From Candidatus Helarchaeota archaeon (GTDB taxonomy: Archaea > Asgardarchaeota > Lokiarchaeia > Helarchaeales > RDOG01), in the NCBI GenBank assembly GCA_029838215.1, contig JALGVI010000047.1, positions 1-42,039 of the forward strand: DNA of 42,039 nt, in the 5' to 3' direction. Both the position numbers and the translations under genes were made by a program. Within the stretch, counting starts at the first letter, position 1. Each line of letters opens with the position of its first letter. The notes under the pieces were generated by a model. That model was given only the letters and a program-made list of their open reading frames with translations. It was not told the origin of the DNA and did not search any database. Shown piece after piece: positions 1-10,340 of the stretch.

Positions 1-812
1 TAGTTTATTCCGTAGAGATGCAATTTCTTAGCCACGTCATACCAAATAATCTCTCCCTTCAAAATAAAACCGACTCTTTCCAGAACTTCCGTGAGATCGT
101 GGTTCAATAGGTGGTACTTACCTTTATAATACATGTTACCAATAAACACGGCACAGTATTTTTTTGGTTTTAATAATCGAAAGCATTCATAAAATACGTC
201 CTGTAACAACGATTTCCATTCCTTCTTTGTTTTGGGGGCTTTTTCATCAAAACGACTTAATTTTGAAAGGTCTGAATACACGCCTTTAGCCGGTTCACCC
301 ACTTTCTTGTAAGTTCCTTTTGATTTGGGAGCTTTATCCATTAACCAGAATGGAATATCGGTTAAAACAAAATCAATTTCTTCATTCAACCTTTTTAGAT
401 ATTCTCTTGAATCAGCGTGAAGCATTTTTTGCTTTTTTATACCTTCCACGCCACACACTTCATTGTAAATGTCAATCCACGCTTGATTCTGTTCGATTCC
501 AAGCCCTCTTCTACCGCAGATTGAACATCCAATTAAAGTTCCACCAACGCCACAAAAAGGGTCTAAAACGAGTTGGTCTCTTTTTGTAAAAGTTTCAATC
601 AACTGAGCACAAAGTTCGGGTGGTTTTTGTCCACCGTGTGTATTGCGGAGTTTTTGTTGATAGGAGGGAGGAAATGATTTCGGAATCACGGACTTTGTCG
701 AGAATAGCCATTCTTTACCTGTAAGGTCATTGACTCTATTTCTAATGTCAAAATATCCGCGGGACTTCCCTTCAGAATCAAATAACTCAACTTTATTATT
801 TGAGTTTTTCAA
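1..812 (-). CDS. SAM-dependent N4/N6-type (DNA) methyltransferase, runs off the left edge; absent from ORF track
   Basis: Manual translation from TTG at 812 (in-frame TAA just upstream): ...NDLTGKEWLFSTKS...HGGQKPPELCAQLIETFT...VLDPFCGVGGT (motif I)...VLTDIPFW (DPPY-like motif IV)...CFRLLKPKKYCAVFIGN...GEIIWYD; open to position 1. Confidence 0.8.
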   Translation of the reverse strand, partial: MKNSNNKVELFDSEGKSRGYFDIRNRVNDLTGKEWLFSTKSVIPKSFPPSYQQKLRNTHGGQKPPELCAQLIETFTKRDQLVLDPFCGVGGTLIGCSICGRRGLGIEQNQAWIDIYNEVCGVEGIKKQKMLHADSREYLKRLNEEIDFVLTDIPFWLMDKAPKSKGTYKKVGEPAKGVYSDLSKLSRFDEKAPKTKKEWKSLLQDVFYECFRLLKPKKYCAVFIGNMYYKGKYHLLNHDLTEVLERVGFILKGEIIWYDVAKKLHLYGIN

Positions 813-837
813 GGTCTTACGTCCATTCTTTTATTTT

Positions 838-1521
838 TTAAGATTTTGCAATGATCATTGCATGATCTTCACTATATGGACTTAAATCGATAAGTTGTTC
901 CACATCGAATGAATTTTGTTTCAAAATATCGGTTTGTGCTTGATAAATTACCGAAGGTTTTTGCGTTACATCAACAGATCGTGCTTTCACGCACAAAATG
1001 ATACGGCTTTTTGATTTTAGAAACCATCGAGAATTTAAACTTATAATTTCGGCTTGTTCGGGCTGGGCTACATCAGAATAAATTAAATCGACATTTTCTA
1101 TAAGTGAAGCATAACTCTCAGGGAATCGCACGTCAGCCAAAATAGGGATCATGTTGGAACGAGGCTCACTTATCGTGACTAATTCTCGACAGACACGAGG
1201 AGAAAACTCAATACAATACAATCGTCCTGTTTTTCCGATCATGTCTGAAATGTGACTTGGAGTGGTTCCTGAAGCCGCGCCTAAATAGAGAATCTTCATT
1301 CCCGGCTTGATAAGGTTAGGAATAAGACCCTTTAACAATGCTGCAGCCAATTTCGAGCGTCTTGGCTCCCAAGTCCTATATTCAACACTATCTTGAGTTA
1401 CCAATTTTTCGCCGTAGACTTGTTGACCCGGGACTAATGATCTCGTGGCTATTTTTTCGATGCCCTCCTCGTTTATATAAACAAAGACATCATCGTTATT
1501 TTTATATGGTTTAACCTTCAT
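838..1521 (-). CDS. flpA: Fibrillarin-like rRNA/tRNA 2'-O-methyltransferase
   Basis: VYGEK, YRTWEPRRSKLAAA, LYLGAASGTTPSHISD, DVAQPEQA motifs; directly downstream of nop5. Confidence 0.97.
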   Translation of the reverse strand: MKVKPYKNNDDVFVYINEEGIEKIATRSLVPGQQVYGEKLVTQDSVEYRTWEPRRSKLAAALLKGLIPNLIKPGMKILYLGAASGTTPSHISDMIGKTGRLYCIEFSPRVCRELVTISEPRSNMIPILADVRFPESYASLIENVDLIYSDVAQPEQAEIISLNSRWFLKSKSRIILCVKARSVDVTQKPSVIYQAQTDILKQNSFDVEQLIDLSPYSEDHAMIIAKS

Positions 1522-2765
1522 GCCTTTTCCTCCTTTGGCTTTCTACGTTTTTTTCGTCTTCTTTTCTTCTTTTTCTTGTCTTTTCGTTCTTTTTTAACTG
1601 TCTTTTTCTTTTTTGGAGGCTCGCCATATTTATCTTCCAAGGTCTTAATGTGCGCTTTTATGTCACTTAAAAGATTATCTGCAATATATTCTCCAGAATA
1701 GGCATCAACCCGAGCCGCAATCGTTAATTTTGAAGCCAGAGCTCTTGCAATCTTTCCTCTTAGCCACCATTTTGCAGAATGAACAGGTTCCCACTGAAAA
1801 ATTATGCCGTGTTTAGGAGGTTTTGCTCCAGTTTTTAATGATCGAAATAAGGCACGCTCAGCACCGAGAATCTGCATTGTTGATGATGGTTTAGTGGCCA
1901 AATGATTAAGCCCTCCACCTAAGGCTATTAACCTTGCTCCTAAGAGCGGTCCAACAATGCCATTGATGTTAGGGGCAACAATCTTCATCAATTCTTCCAC
2001 ATACTGTGCCAAGCTGGAACGAAATGAATACAAACCCTGAATCACGCTGGCGAAATCTTGAATCGCACTAAAATCGAAATCACTCATTTCACTCCCCATG
2101 CTTTTTGCAGCCAATTCTGCTGCTTTAATAGCAGTTTGTTCCGAGATACCTATTTCACGGAGATTCTTCTCCGTAAAATTACTCCTTTTTAACCGAGCGA
2201 ATTTTACATATCGCAGGTGATTTGACACTTTTTTATCCAATTCGGGAAAATGTAATCCATACCATTCACGAAGTCGAGATACTAAAATGTTAATCGATTT
2301 ATCTAATTGATCTATCGTTTCTATTGATTGAATGATTAATCGATCCTTCCCTTCGATGCCTTCCGCAGTTATTTTTATCTTCTTTCGGGTCATGACGAAA
2401 TTCAAATTTCGCAAGAAATCTTGAAAATCTTCAACAGGACATTCAACTATCGCTAATAATGCAGGAATATCATCTCTGATTTTTTTCCCAATAGCATTGG
2501 GGCTTTCAAGGATAATTTCAGAACCTGAATCCTTAAAGTTTTTTAAAATTCTTGCATCTTCTACGATTAATCGTGATATTCCCGCCTTCTTTAAATTCTC
2601 TACAAGCTCATCACGGGCAGGAAGCACTCCTTTTTGTTCTATCGCAATGTGTATTTCGGCAATTTCTTCCGCATTTCCAGAATAAAGATGCGAGATGAGA
2701 ATTTTTTCACCAGTTTCATCTAAAACAAAATAACCAACTGAAGTATTGATAAAATATCCTTTCAA
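1518..2765 (-). CDS. nop5: Nop5 (Nop56/58) box C/D RNP protein
   Basis: LREWYGLHFPEL, APN..GIVGPLLGARLI, PSSTMQILGAERALFR, PKHGIIF, GKIARALA; Lys/Arg-rich C-tail. Confidence 0.97.
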   Translation of the reverse strand: MKGYFINTSVGYFVLDETGEKILISHLYSGNAEEIAEIHIAIEQKGVLPARDELVENLKKAGISRLIVEDARILKNFKDSGSEIILESPNAIGKKIRDDIPALLAIVECPVEDFQDFLRNLNFVMTRKKIKITAEGIEGKDRLIIQSIETIDQLDKSINILVSRLREWYGLHFPELDKKVSNHLRYVKFARLKRSNFTEKNLREIGISEQTAIKAAELAAKSMGSEMSDFDFSAIQDFASVIQGLYSFRSSLAQYVEELMKIVAPNINGIVGPLLGARLIALGGGLNHLATKPSSTMQILGAERALFRSLKTGAKPPKHGIIFQWEPVHSAKWWLRGKIARALASKLTIAARVDAYSGEYIADNLLSDIKAHIKTLEDKYGEPPKKKKTVKKERKDKKKKKRRRKKRRKPKEEKA

Positions 2766-2887
2766 TTATATCGTATCTCCACAAATTGCAAATTATTTAG
2801 TAAGAATTCGATCTTGACATAATTAAAATTTCCTCTCAAAATCAAGAGATACAAAATTAATGGAAAATTTTTAAGCAGTTAATTTTG

Positions 2888-4042
2888 TCATTGCAGGTCA
2901 AAGACTTTTTGGATGCGGTCTTCGAAAACATTGAAAGGAATTTCATAAGACATGACATGTTGTTTTATCGAATCCTTGATTTTTGAGTCATTTTTCAATT
3001 CGAAAAGCCCACGTTTTGTCAAGTACTTGATGATCGTGTTAAATTCTTTAAAGTCCATTAATTTCATGCCAAATTCTTCCGAAACAATCTTTAAATCATG
3101 AAATACTTCACGTGGCTTTATCGCAACTCGATTTTTCAAGGACTTTACAATTGAGAAACAAACCAATAATTCAGGTTTTGTGAGCGTCTCTAATTCAAGC
3201 AAATCGATTTCAGGGAACACGTGCATCTTAGACTCCCTAATCAAGTCGAGCGAGATGTGGTGTAATCCTCTTTGTTCCGCCATTTTTCCAGCATGATACA
3301 GCAACTCAATACCGTGTCGAGCATCATTAGTCGCAGCTGCAATGGTTGCAGCCAGCTCAAGTACATCTTCACCAAGATTTGCTTCAAATGCAAGCTCAGC
3401 TCTATACTGGAGAATTTTAAATAGGTCATCTTTTGTATAATCTTTTAACGATATTTCTTCTTGAAATGCACCCAACTTCATGATTTTTAAAATTTCATCT
3501 AGTCCAGACCTCATTATTCCTATGATACTCACGGGATTATCGGGAAATTGCTCACTCAACTCCAAAAATGCCTGCAAATCCGTAATTTCCAAGTATTGAC
3601 ATTCATCCAAAATTAAGATCAAGTTAATTTTTTCATGAATCAGTCGCCTTTTTATCAGGGCGATGGCAGATTCAAATCCCAAGCCTCTCGAGTTGATTTG
3701 AAAAATATTCAATAAGTGAGTGACTAAAGATGTTCTTGACTTGTTCACGAAACAATTGTAATAAAACGACTTTAATTTTCTATTCGATTTATTCATGAAT
3801 TCTTCAAGTCTTGCACAAAAATATTTTGTCAAGCAAGTTTTTCCAGAACCAGGTTTTCCTGTTACCAGAACGTTCAGGGACTTTCCTTTAAGAATTGGAC
3901 GGAAGGTTCGGGCAAGCATTGCCAATTCGGATTCACGGCAAGGTAATTCTTCCGGAATAAAATCTCGGAACAGCGTGGTTTCATCCTTGAAAATTGCGCT
4001 TTTTAATAAAATCGCATCAAAAAGATCGTTTGAAATTTGCAT
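2888..4042 (-). CDS. cdc6: Cdc6/Orc1 family AAA+ replication initiator
   Basis: ELPCRESE, Walker A GKPGSGKT, Walker B ILILDE, DARHGIELL sensor 2, C-terminal winged-helix-length region. Confidence 0.9.
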   Translation of the reverse strand: MQISNDLFDAILLKSAIFKDETTLFRDFIPEELPCRESELAMLARTFRPILKGKSLNVLVTGKPGSGKTCLTKYFCARLEEFMNKSNRKLKSFYYNCFVNKSRTSLVTHLLNIFQINSRGLGFESAIALIKRRLIHEKINLILILDECQYLEITDLQAFLELSEQFPDNPVSIIGIMRSGLDEILKIMKLGAFQEEISLKDYTKDDLFKILQYRAELAFEANLGEDVLELAATIAAATNDARHGIELLYHAGKMAEQRGLHHISLDLIRESKMHVFPEIDLLELETLTKPELLVCFSIVKSLKNRVAIKPREVFHDLKIVSEEFGMKLMDFKEFNTIIKYLTKRGLFELKNDSKIKDSIKQHVMSYEIPFNVFEDRIQKVFDLQ

Positions 4043-4098
4043 GGCAATCCCATTTTTATAAAAATAAGATATTAAGGCAACGGCTTTTTCCGTGCTTT

Positions 4099-5280
4099 TT
4101 AGCCGTCTTTGATGCCATGTTCATATATTTCAATTACGGTTTCACCTTCGGGTAGACAAGGACTATCAACCATTCGCACCACGCGCTTCATTCCCTTTGA
4201 CTTACGAAGGTATAAACGATACGTGCTTGCATGAGCCAAAACGTGTCCACCTACTGGTGTAGTAGGATCCCCGAAAAACAGCCCTGGTGATGCCATTACT
4301 TGGTTGGTAATATATACCGTCAAATTATGCGCCTCGGCGAGTTGCAGGAGTTTATGGATGAATTTATTTAATTTTTGCTGTCGATCAGAGAGAGTACCTC
4401 GTCCAACATATTCTGCCCGGAAATGAGAAATCACGGAATCAACGACGATTAGTTTTATGTTCTTGGATTTAATGAGTGGGGGAATCTTGTCAAGAATTAA
4501 CGTTTGATGATCGGAATTATATGAACGGGCGTAAAGAACATTCTCTAAAACTTGCCCGGGATCCAATTCAGGATATTTTCCTGCAATTTCGAGGATGCGT
4601 TCAGGTCGAAATGTCCCTTCAGCATCAATATAGAGAGCTGATGCATTCAATCCGCCATTTTCTTTAGGAAGCTGAACCGTCACGCAAAGTTGATGCGCAA
4701 TTTGCGTTTTTCCCGTCCTGAATTCGCCATAAACTTCAATAATAACGCGTGTCTCAACGCCTCCACCGAGCAATTGATCAAGTTGCTCTGAACCAGTCGT
4801 GAATCTATCCATTGCCTTACGTTGCTCGAGAAGTTGTGCAGATGTGATAAAACCGATCTTCAATTTCTCACGTGCAGATTGGATGATCTTACTACATGTT
4901 GCCTCTCCAATTGCAGTTTGTGCTGCCAATTGATTTGGCGATGCAACGGCAATCGCCTCAAGAGATTCGATGCCACATTCCGTTAATTTGTCTGCGATCG
5001 CGGGACCCACGCCAGTAAGGTCGGTTAACTTGTATTTGACTTCCTCCTCTTTTTCTTCCAAAACTTCTTTTTTCTCTAAGACTTCCTCTTCCGAGCTTTT
5101 TTCTTTTTCCGAAGCCTTCGTCTTCTTTTTCTTTGCTTTCTTGGTCTTGCTTGTTTTTTTCGTCTTCTTGGCTTTGGGCTTTGCCTCGGCTTCCATTTCC
5201 TCTAACTCTTCTTCAGAAAATAATTCCTTTTCCAAATCAAGAGTTTCTTCAACATTAGTCTTTGCTGATTTTGATGCCAT
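4099..5280 (-). CDS. radA: RadA recombinase with ~80-aa charged N-terminal extension
   Basis: HhH (LTGVGPAIADKL), Walker A GEFRTGKTQ, YIDAEGTFRPER, IVVDSVISHFRAEY.GRG.L..RQQKL, GGHVLAH. Confidence 0.97.
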   Translation of the reverse strand: MASKSAKTNVEETLDLEKELFSEEELEEMEAEAKPKAKKTKKTSKTKKAKKKKTKASEKEKSSEEEVLEKKEVLEEKEEEVKYKLTDLTGVGPAIADKLTECGIESLEAIAVASPNQLAAQTAIGEATCSKIIQSAREKLKIGFITSAQLLEQRKAMDRFTTGSEQLDQLLGGGVETRVIIEVYGEFRTGKTQIAHQLCVTVQLPKENGGLNASALYIDAEGTFRPERILEIAGKYPELDPGQVLENVLYARSYNSDHQTLILDKIPPLIKSKNIKLIVVDSVISHFRAEYVGRGTLSDRQQKLNKFIHKLLQLAEAHNLTVYITNQVMASPGLFFGDPTTPVGGHVLAHASTYRLYLRKSKGMKRVVRMVDSPCLPEGETVIEIYEHGIKDG

Positions 5281-5530
5281 ATCTTTAACCTCAAATCATG
5301 ACATTACTTTTTAAAAAGAAATCATCAAAGATCCTTTTTAAAATAAGAAAAGAGTTGAAGAAATATCTGAAAAATCATAAAAATCAAAAATAAAGAGAGC
5401 GATCGGTAAAAAACATCCGATAAAAATAGCTAAAAATCCAAAATTCTTCAGAAAGGAAAAATCACGTGATTTAAAAATCTTGAACATGAGCCGAGAAAGA
5501 TTTTTCAGATCTCGAGGAGAGATTATTGTA

Positions 5531-6442
5531 ATGCTCGAAATCGATTTATGCGGGATTCAACTAAAAAATCCGACAATCCTCGCATCAGGAGTTCTAGGAA
5601 TTTCGGGATCATTATTGTCTCGAGTATTAACCGAGGGTGGAGCTGGCGCAGTCGTCACGAAGAGTGTTGGTCCTGTGAGAACAGGGTTCCCGAATCCTAC
5701 CGTTGTTGAGGTCGAAGCAGGATTTTTAAATGCAATGGGACTTCCGAATCCGGGAATAGAAGAGTTCATCAAGGAAGATTTAATTCCTTTAGCGAATAAA
5801 GGACCGATATTTGCAAGTATTTTTGGTTCTGATTCTGAAGAATTTGCCAGAAATGCAAGATTGATCGAACCACACGTTCAAGCAATTGAACTAAACGTTT
5901 CCTGTCCCCATGTTCAAGTGGGTCAAATTGGACAGGATGCCTCCTTAACGAAAGAAGTCGTTTCAGCCGTGAAGAAAGCAGTCAAGATTCCTATTTTTTG
6001 TAAATTGACACCAAATGTTGCACCTCAAGACCTTATTAAAATTGCACGGGCGGCACAAGATGAAGGTGCAGACGCAATTACGGCAATAAACACAGTACGA
6101 GCCATGGCTATTGACATTAATATCGAAAAACCCATTTTAGCGAATCGTCATGGAGGACTTAGTGGTCCCGCCATAAAACCAATTGCAATTCGAGCGGTAT
6201 ACGACTTGGCAACAAGTCTAGACATTCCCATAATCGGGGTCGGAGGAATCACGACATGGGAAGATGCTGTTGAGTTCTTTTTAGCGGGAGCCTCTGCCAT
6301 CCAAATAGGGACAGGCATAGCATGGAAAGAAATAACAATATTCAAGTCAGTATGCGAAGGGATAAAACATCATTTAAAAAGAAAAGGTTACGCGAACGTT
6401 TCAGACCTAATAAAACGGGCGCATCGTTCAATAAAAAAGTGA
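5531..6442 (+). CDS. pyrD: Dihydroorotate dehydrogenase family 1B catalytic subunit
   Basis: NPTILASG, LNAMGLPNPG, ELNVSCPH, KLTPNV, GGLSGPAIKP, IGVGGI; GAGGAG RBS before ATG 5531. Confidence 0.95.
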   Translation: MLEIDLCGIQLKNPTILASGVLGISGSLLSRVLTEGGAGAVVTKSVGPVRTGFPNPTVVEVEAGFLNAMGLPNPGIEEFIKEDLIPLANKGPIFASIFGSDSEEFARNARLIEPHVQAIELNVSCPHVQVGQIGQDASLTKEVVSAVKKAVKIPIFCKLTPNVAPQDLIKIARAAQDEGADAITAINTVRAMAIDINIEKPILANRHGGLSGPAIKPIAIRAVYDLATSLDIPIIGVGGITTWEDAVEFFLAGASAIQIGTGIAWKEITIFKSVCEGIKHHLKRKGYANVSDLIKRAHRSIKK

Positions 6443-6449
6443 TTCATTA

Positions 6450-7256
6450 ATGATAAATAAACCAATCATAGTTGAAATCAAACAAGTCCAGAAAGAGGCT
6501 AAAAACACGTTTTCATTGCAGTTCCAGCTCCCAGAAAAAATGGAAATTCCACGACCTGGGCAATTTTTAATGATTTGGGTGCCGGGCACCGACGAAATTC
6601 CCATATCAATTGCGAAAATTGATGAATCTAGAAATACCTTGATGATCATCATACGAAACGTCGGGGAAACCACGGGCATTCTGACTTCAAGTAAAAAAGG
6701 AGATGAAATAGGTATCCGTGGACCAATGGGTAATGGATTTAGACTCGAAGGAACTCGGCCGCTCTTGATTGGAGGCGGCATTGGAGTGGCGCCCTTGATA
6801 GCATTGACAGACAAGTTGTTAAACGCTAAAATGGAAATTCACTTCATTAATGGCGCAAAAACTAAGGATGATTTGGTGTTTCACGATTACCTAAGGAAAA
6901 AAATTCCGAAATACCACGTGACTACGGATGATGGAACCATGGGCTTCAAGGGATTCACTACGGACAAGCTAAAAGAACTCATTAATAATACGAAATTCGA
7001 CCAAATCTACACGTGTGGCCCCGAAATAATGATGAAAACCGTTCTTGATACGGCATTGTCGAAGAACATTCCAATCCAAGCAAATCTTGAACGAATTTTT
7101 AAATGCGGCATGGGACTTTGTGGACATTGCGTTTTGGATCCAACAGGTCTCTTGACTTGCAAGGATGGTCCCGTATTTTCAACGAACCAATTGAAACAAA
7201 TTTCGGATTTTGGAACCCAAAAGCGTGATTTTAATGGAAAAAAAATACCAATTTAG
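6450..7256 (+). CDS. pyrK: Dihydroorotate dehydrogenase electron transfer subunit
   Basis: PGQFLMIW, RGPMGNGF, GGGIGVAP, CGPEIMM, CGMGLCGHC...C 2Fe-2S motif; follows pyrD. Confidence 0.93.
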   Translation: MINKPIIVEIKQVQKEAKNTFSLQFQLPEKMEIPRPGQFLMIWVPGTDEIPISIAKIDESRNTLMIIIRNVGETTGILTSSKKGDEIGIRGPMGNGFRLEGTRPLLIGGGIGVAPLIALTDKLLNAKMEIHFINGAKTKDDLVFHDYLRKKIPKYHVTTDDGTMGFKGFTTDKLKELINNTKFDQIYTCGPEIMMKTVLDTALSKNIPIQANLERIFKCGMGLCGHCVLDPTGLLTCKDGPVFSTNQLKQISDFGTQKRDFNGKKIPI

Positions 7257-7268
7257 GAGAGAAAATGA

Positions 7269-7850
7269 ATGGTAAAGATTTTAGGAGTTGCATGCAGTCC
7301 TAGAAAAAAAGGTAACACGTCGTTTCTCATTCAAACAGCATTAAACACCATTGAGAATGAATGTGAAACAAAATTCATATCATTAGCAGGCAAAAAAATA
7401 AATTTTTGCACTGCCTGTGATTATTGTAAAAATGAACCGAAATGTTCGATCGATGACGACGTCGAAGCGATCTTGAACGAAATGAAAGAAGCAGATGCCA
7501 TTATCCTCGGCACACCAGTATACTTCGGGAATATGTCTGCTCAAGCCAAGGCATTAATCGATCGTTCATTGCCTCTGAGACGTAATGGAATGCTTCTCCG
7601 TGATAAGATCATGGGATTTGTTGCTGTTGGCGGCTCCAGGAATGGCGGTCAGGAACTCGTCCTGCAATCGCTTCATAACGGATTTCTCATCCACGAGTGC
7701 ATCATCGTTAGTGATAAAGAAACCGCCCATTTCGGAGGAACCGTCGTAGGTAGAAATCCGGGTGATGCAGAAAAAGATGATATTGGATTAAAAACCGTGA
7801 AAAACTTGGCAATGAGAGTGCTAGATATTACTAAAAAAATCAAAAAATGA
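7269..7850 (+). CDS. Iron-sulfur flavoprotein / NADPH-dependent FMN reductase family
   Basis: SPRKKGNT FMN loop, CTACDYCKNEPKC 4Fe-4S motif, GTPVYFG, GGSRNGGQE. Confidence 0.85.
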   Translation: MVKILGVACSPRKKGNTSFLIQTALNTIENECETKFISLAGKKINFCTACDYCKNEPKCSIDDDVEAILNEMKEADAIILGTPVYFGNMSAQAKALIDRSLPLRRNGMLLRDKIMGFVAVGGSRNGGQELVLQSLHNGFLIHECIIVSDKETAHFGGTVVGRNPGDAEKDDIGLKTVKNLAMRVLDITKKIKK

Positions 7851-7868
7851 AAAACAGGAGAAAAAATA

Positions 7869-8111
7869 ATGCCAACAGAAAAAGATGAGATAACTGAGCT
7901 TTTAAAGGAGCTCATCTTAATCAATGGAATAATTGCAACGGAAATAATAACATTGGTCGAAAATTCATCAAAAATTGCACGAAAAAGCGATACGATTCCT
8001 CCGAATTGTGCAACTGCACATAAATCATTAAACGAACAGATATTAAAAATCATTGAAAAATATCACGGAGACCAAGCAAGCATTTTAAGAGATCACATAA
8101 CAAAGCATTGA
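7869..8111 (+). CDS. Small helical hypothetical protein
   Basis: 80-aa ORF with AGGAG RBS, co-oriented after the flavoprotein. Confidence 0.7.
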   Translation: MPTEKDEITELLKELILINGIIATEIITLVENSSKIARKSDTIPPNCATAHKSLNEQILKIIEKYHGDQASILRDHITKH

Positions 8112-8416
8112 GACTTTTAAATTAAAAATAAGCAGAAAATCGAGATATCTATCCTGTATCTCATTCAAGGATTCTCTTTTTTTAATTTAGTGGTTTTTAA
8201 AATCAATCTTCTTTGCCAAGATGGTTTGAAAGCAATTTCGCAGATTTACCATCGGAATGTAAAGTTTAAATTTCAAAAATCTTTTAACACCATGATTTAA
8301 ACGTTTCATGCTAGGCATGATAGAAGGCTAGGATTTAGTTCAAAAGATTAAAGCTGAATTTCGATTCATCATTTAGAATTTAAATAAAACAATGATGTCC
8401 TAAAAGACGTGAGCTA

Positions 8417-9091
8417 ATGGTTCTATATGATTTTCACATCCATTCTGAATGGTCCGATGGTGATGATTCCATAATAGACATCATCACGGCAACAAAAGAA
8501 AAAGGATTGGAAATTATAGGAATAAATGATCACTTTTCTGAAATCAAGGCATCAGTACCGCACGAACCAGAAGGTCTTAATGATTATTTACAGGATATAC
8601 ATGAAACTGCGAAGGAAGTCGCAGGCGATTTGATTGTTCTGGTCGGATTAGAATTTGATGCAATTCCTCCAGAAAACCTTGATACGAAAATCCTAGAAAG
8701 ATTCGATTACATACTATTTGAAGAATTTTTTCCTTTACCCAAAATTAAGAAATTATGCAACTGGAAAAAATCACTGAAAAATCCATTAGTGGGCATTTCC
8801 CACACGAATTTTGCTTGGCCACAACAAATTTTTCCAAAAATCTTAACAATGATTGAGGAAGCAGGCATTTTTCTTGAATTCAATGCAAATTATACAAATA
8901 ATTTCGAATCTCTCTTGAAACTGGAAACGGATTCATATCTGGCAAAGTCGAAAGTTCCACTATCCATTGGAAGTGATAGTCATTCCTTTAAAACAATTGG
9001 TAGCTTCGAATATGCCTTAGAATTTGCCAAACGAGTCTGCCCGGATTTTGAAAATAGGCTAGTCTTGTTGAAGCAATATTACAAAAAATAA
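8417..9091 (+). CDS. PHP-domain metallo-phosphoesterase
   Basis: DFHIHSEWSDG, INDH, GLE, SHT, GSDSH. Confidence 0.88.
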   Translation: MVLYDFHIHSEWSDGDDSIIDIITATKEKGLEIIGINDHFSEIKASVPHEPEGLNDYLQDIHETAKEVAGDLIVLVGLEFDAIPPENLDTKILERFDYILFEEFFPLPKIKKLCNWKKSLKNPLVGISHTNFAWPQQIFPKILTMIEEAGIFLEFNANYTNNFESLLKLETDSYLAKSKVPLSIGSDSHSFKTIGSFEYALEFAKRVCPDFENRLVLLKQYYKK

Positions 9092-9104
9092 TGACGAGAT
9101 TACA

Positions 9105-10241
9105 ATGGTTGTTAATAGAGAAAGTAATGGAGAAACGGAAAGCTCGGACAAGATACAAGAAAAACGAAAATTTTCCCAACGCGAACGAAAAAAAAGGCGT
9201 GATCAGGTTTCTGATTTAGAAATGGCAGAACAAACCATTCTAAATGATTTGAATAAGTGGAATGCCGCAATTGAAATCAATAAAAAAATGCAAGTTGAGT
9301 ACCTACAACAAGCGGAACAGGAAAAAACATTAAGGGATGATCTGAAAGAAGAGATAGATGACCTGCGTAAGACGGCACTAGAGGCTAAAGAAAAGCGTGA
9401 CTCTATCAATAAAAAAGTTTCTGAGTTAAAAATTCGCCGTAATGAAATCAATAAAAAAGTCACAGAATTAAAAAAGATGAGAAATTCCTTATACGAACAA
9501 GTTAAAAGCCAAAGAAATGGCTTGAAAGACATCTTAAAAATGAAACGGGATCTCAAGGATCAATTAAAAGGCTCAAATAGAGAACGAAAAGAAGTGCGAG
9601 ATTTAGAACGCAAGATAAATTCCATCGAATGGTACCATCAAACAAACGTAATCTCATGGGAAGAAGAAAAAATGTTGATGGATCGCGTTGCAACATTATA
9701 TCAAGAACTCGCATTGATTCGGGAAGATAGGAAAAATGACGAAATAGAAAAACAACACGATGAAATCACGCAGACGTTGACCGAAAATTTTAATAAAATA
9801 GATACTTGGAAAGAAGAAGCCTCTAAATATCATCAGCAAATGATAGAAAGCGTGGCAGAATCTGAAAAAATTCATAATGAAATCTTGAATCTCGTTCAAG
9901 AATCCGAAAAAAATCACAAGACAATGATCGAGAATTTTGAAAAGGTAAATCAATTAAGGAAAAAGCAGGAGCAGGCACATGAATCCTACATACGAAATCT
10001 CAAGGAGTGGGATTTTCTTAAAAAAGGTATTGAACCTGCACTTCAAGAAATAGACTTTTTAAAGAAAAGACTGGCTCGAGTCCGCTATGGGATGCTGAGA
10101 AGAAGAAGATCAAAAGGAAATAGAGCCATCGATAAAAAAACCGAAAACGCCATTAAAAAATACAAGGTCGGAGAAAAATTAACCTTTGAAGAATTTAAAA
10201 TCTTGTTTGACCGGGGTCTAATCAACAAGAAAGAAGCATGA
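9105..10241 (+). CDS. Archaeal long coiled-coil protein (COG1340-like)
   Basis: Heptad-rich E/K helix over ~330 aa ending in GEKLTFEEF. Confidence 0.7.
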   Translation: MVVNRESNGETESSDKIQEKRKFSQRERKKRRDQVSDLEMAEQTILNDLNKWNAAIEINKKMQVEYLQQAEQEKTLRDDLKEEIDDLRKTALEAKEKRDSINKKVSELKIRRNEINKKVTELKKMRNSLYEQVKSQRNGLKDILKMKRDLKDQLKGSNRERKEVRDLERKINSIEWYHQTNVISWEEEKMLMDRVATLYQELALIREDRKNDEIEKQHDEITQTLTENFNKIDTWKEEASKYHQQMIESVAESEKIHNEILNLVQESEKNHKTMIENFEKVNQLRKKQEQAHESYIRNLKEWDFLKKGIEPALQEIDFLKKRLARVRYGMLRRRRSKGNRAIDKKTENAIKKYKVGEKLTFEEFKILFDRGLINKKEA

Positions 10242-10340
10242 AAATCACTTATTCCAATTATTTTTCTCCTACACGACCAGAATTTAAAAATCACTTCTTG
10301 GTTAAATTCATCATCTAATTGTTAGAAAAGATGAGATAAG

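Noticed and set aside
320-589. 89-aa plus-strand ORF
   Set aside because: Antisense to the methyltransferase reading frame, which carries recognisable motifs
2888-5280. Inteins in Cdc6 or RadA
   Set aside because: Walker motifs are contiguous and lengths are normal apart from the RadA N-tail
2766-5479. Replication origin near cdc6
   Set aside because: No ORB or mini-ORB repeats recognised in the short flanks (2766-2887, 4043-4098); the 5281-5479 gap is only A-tract-rich divergent promoter DNA
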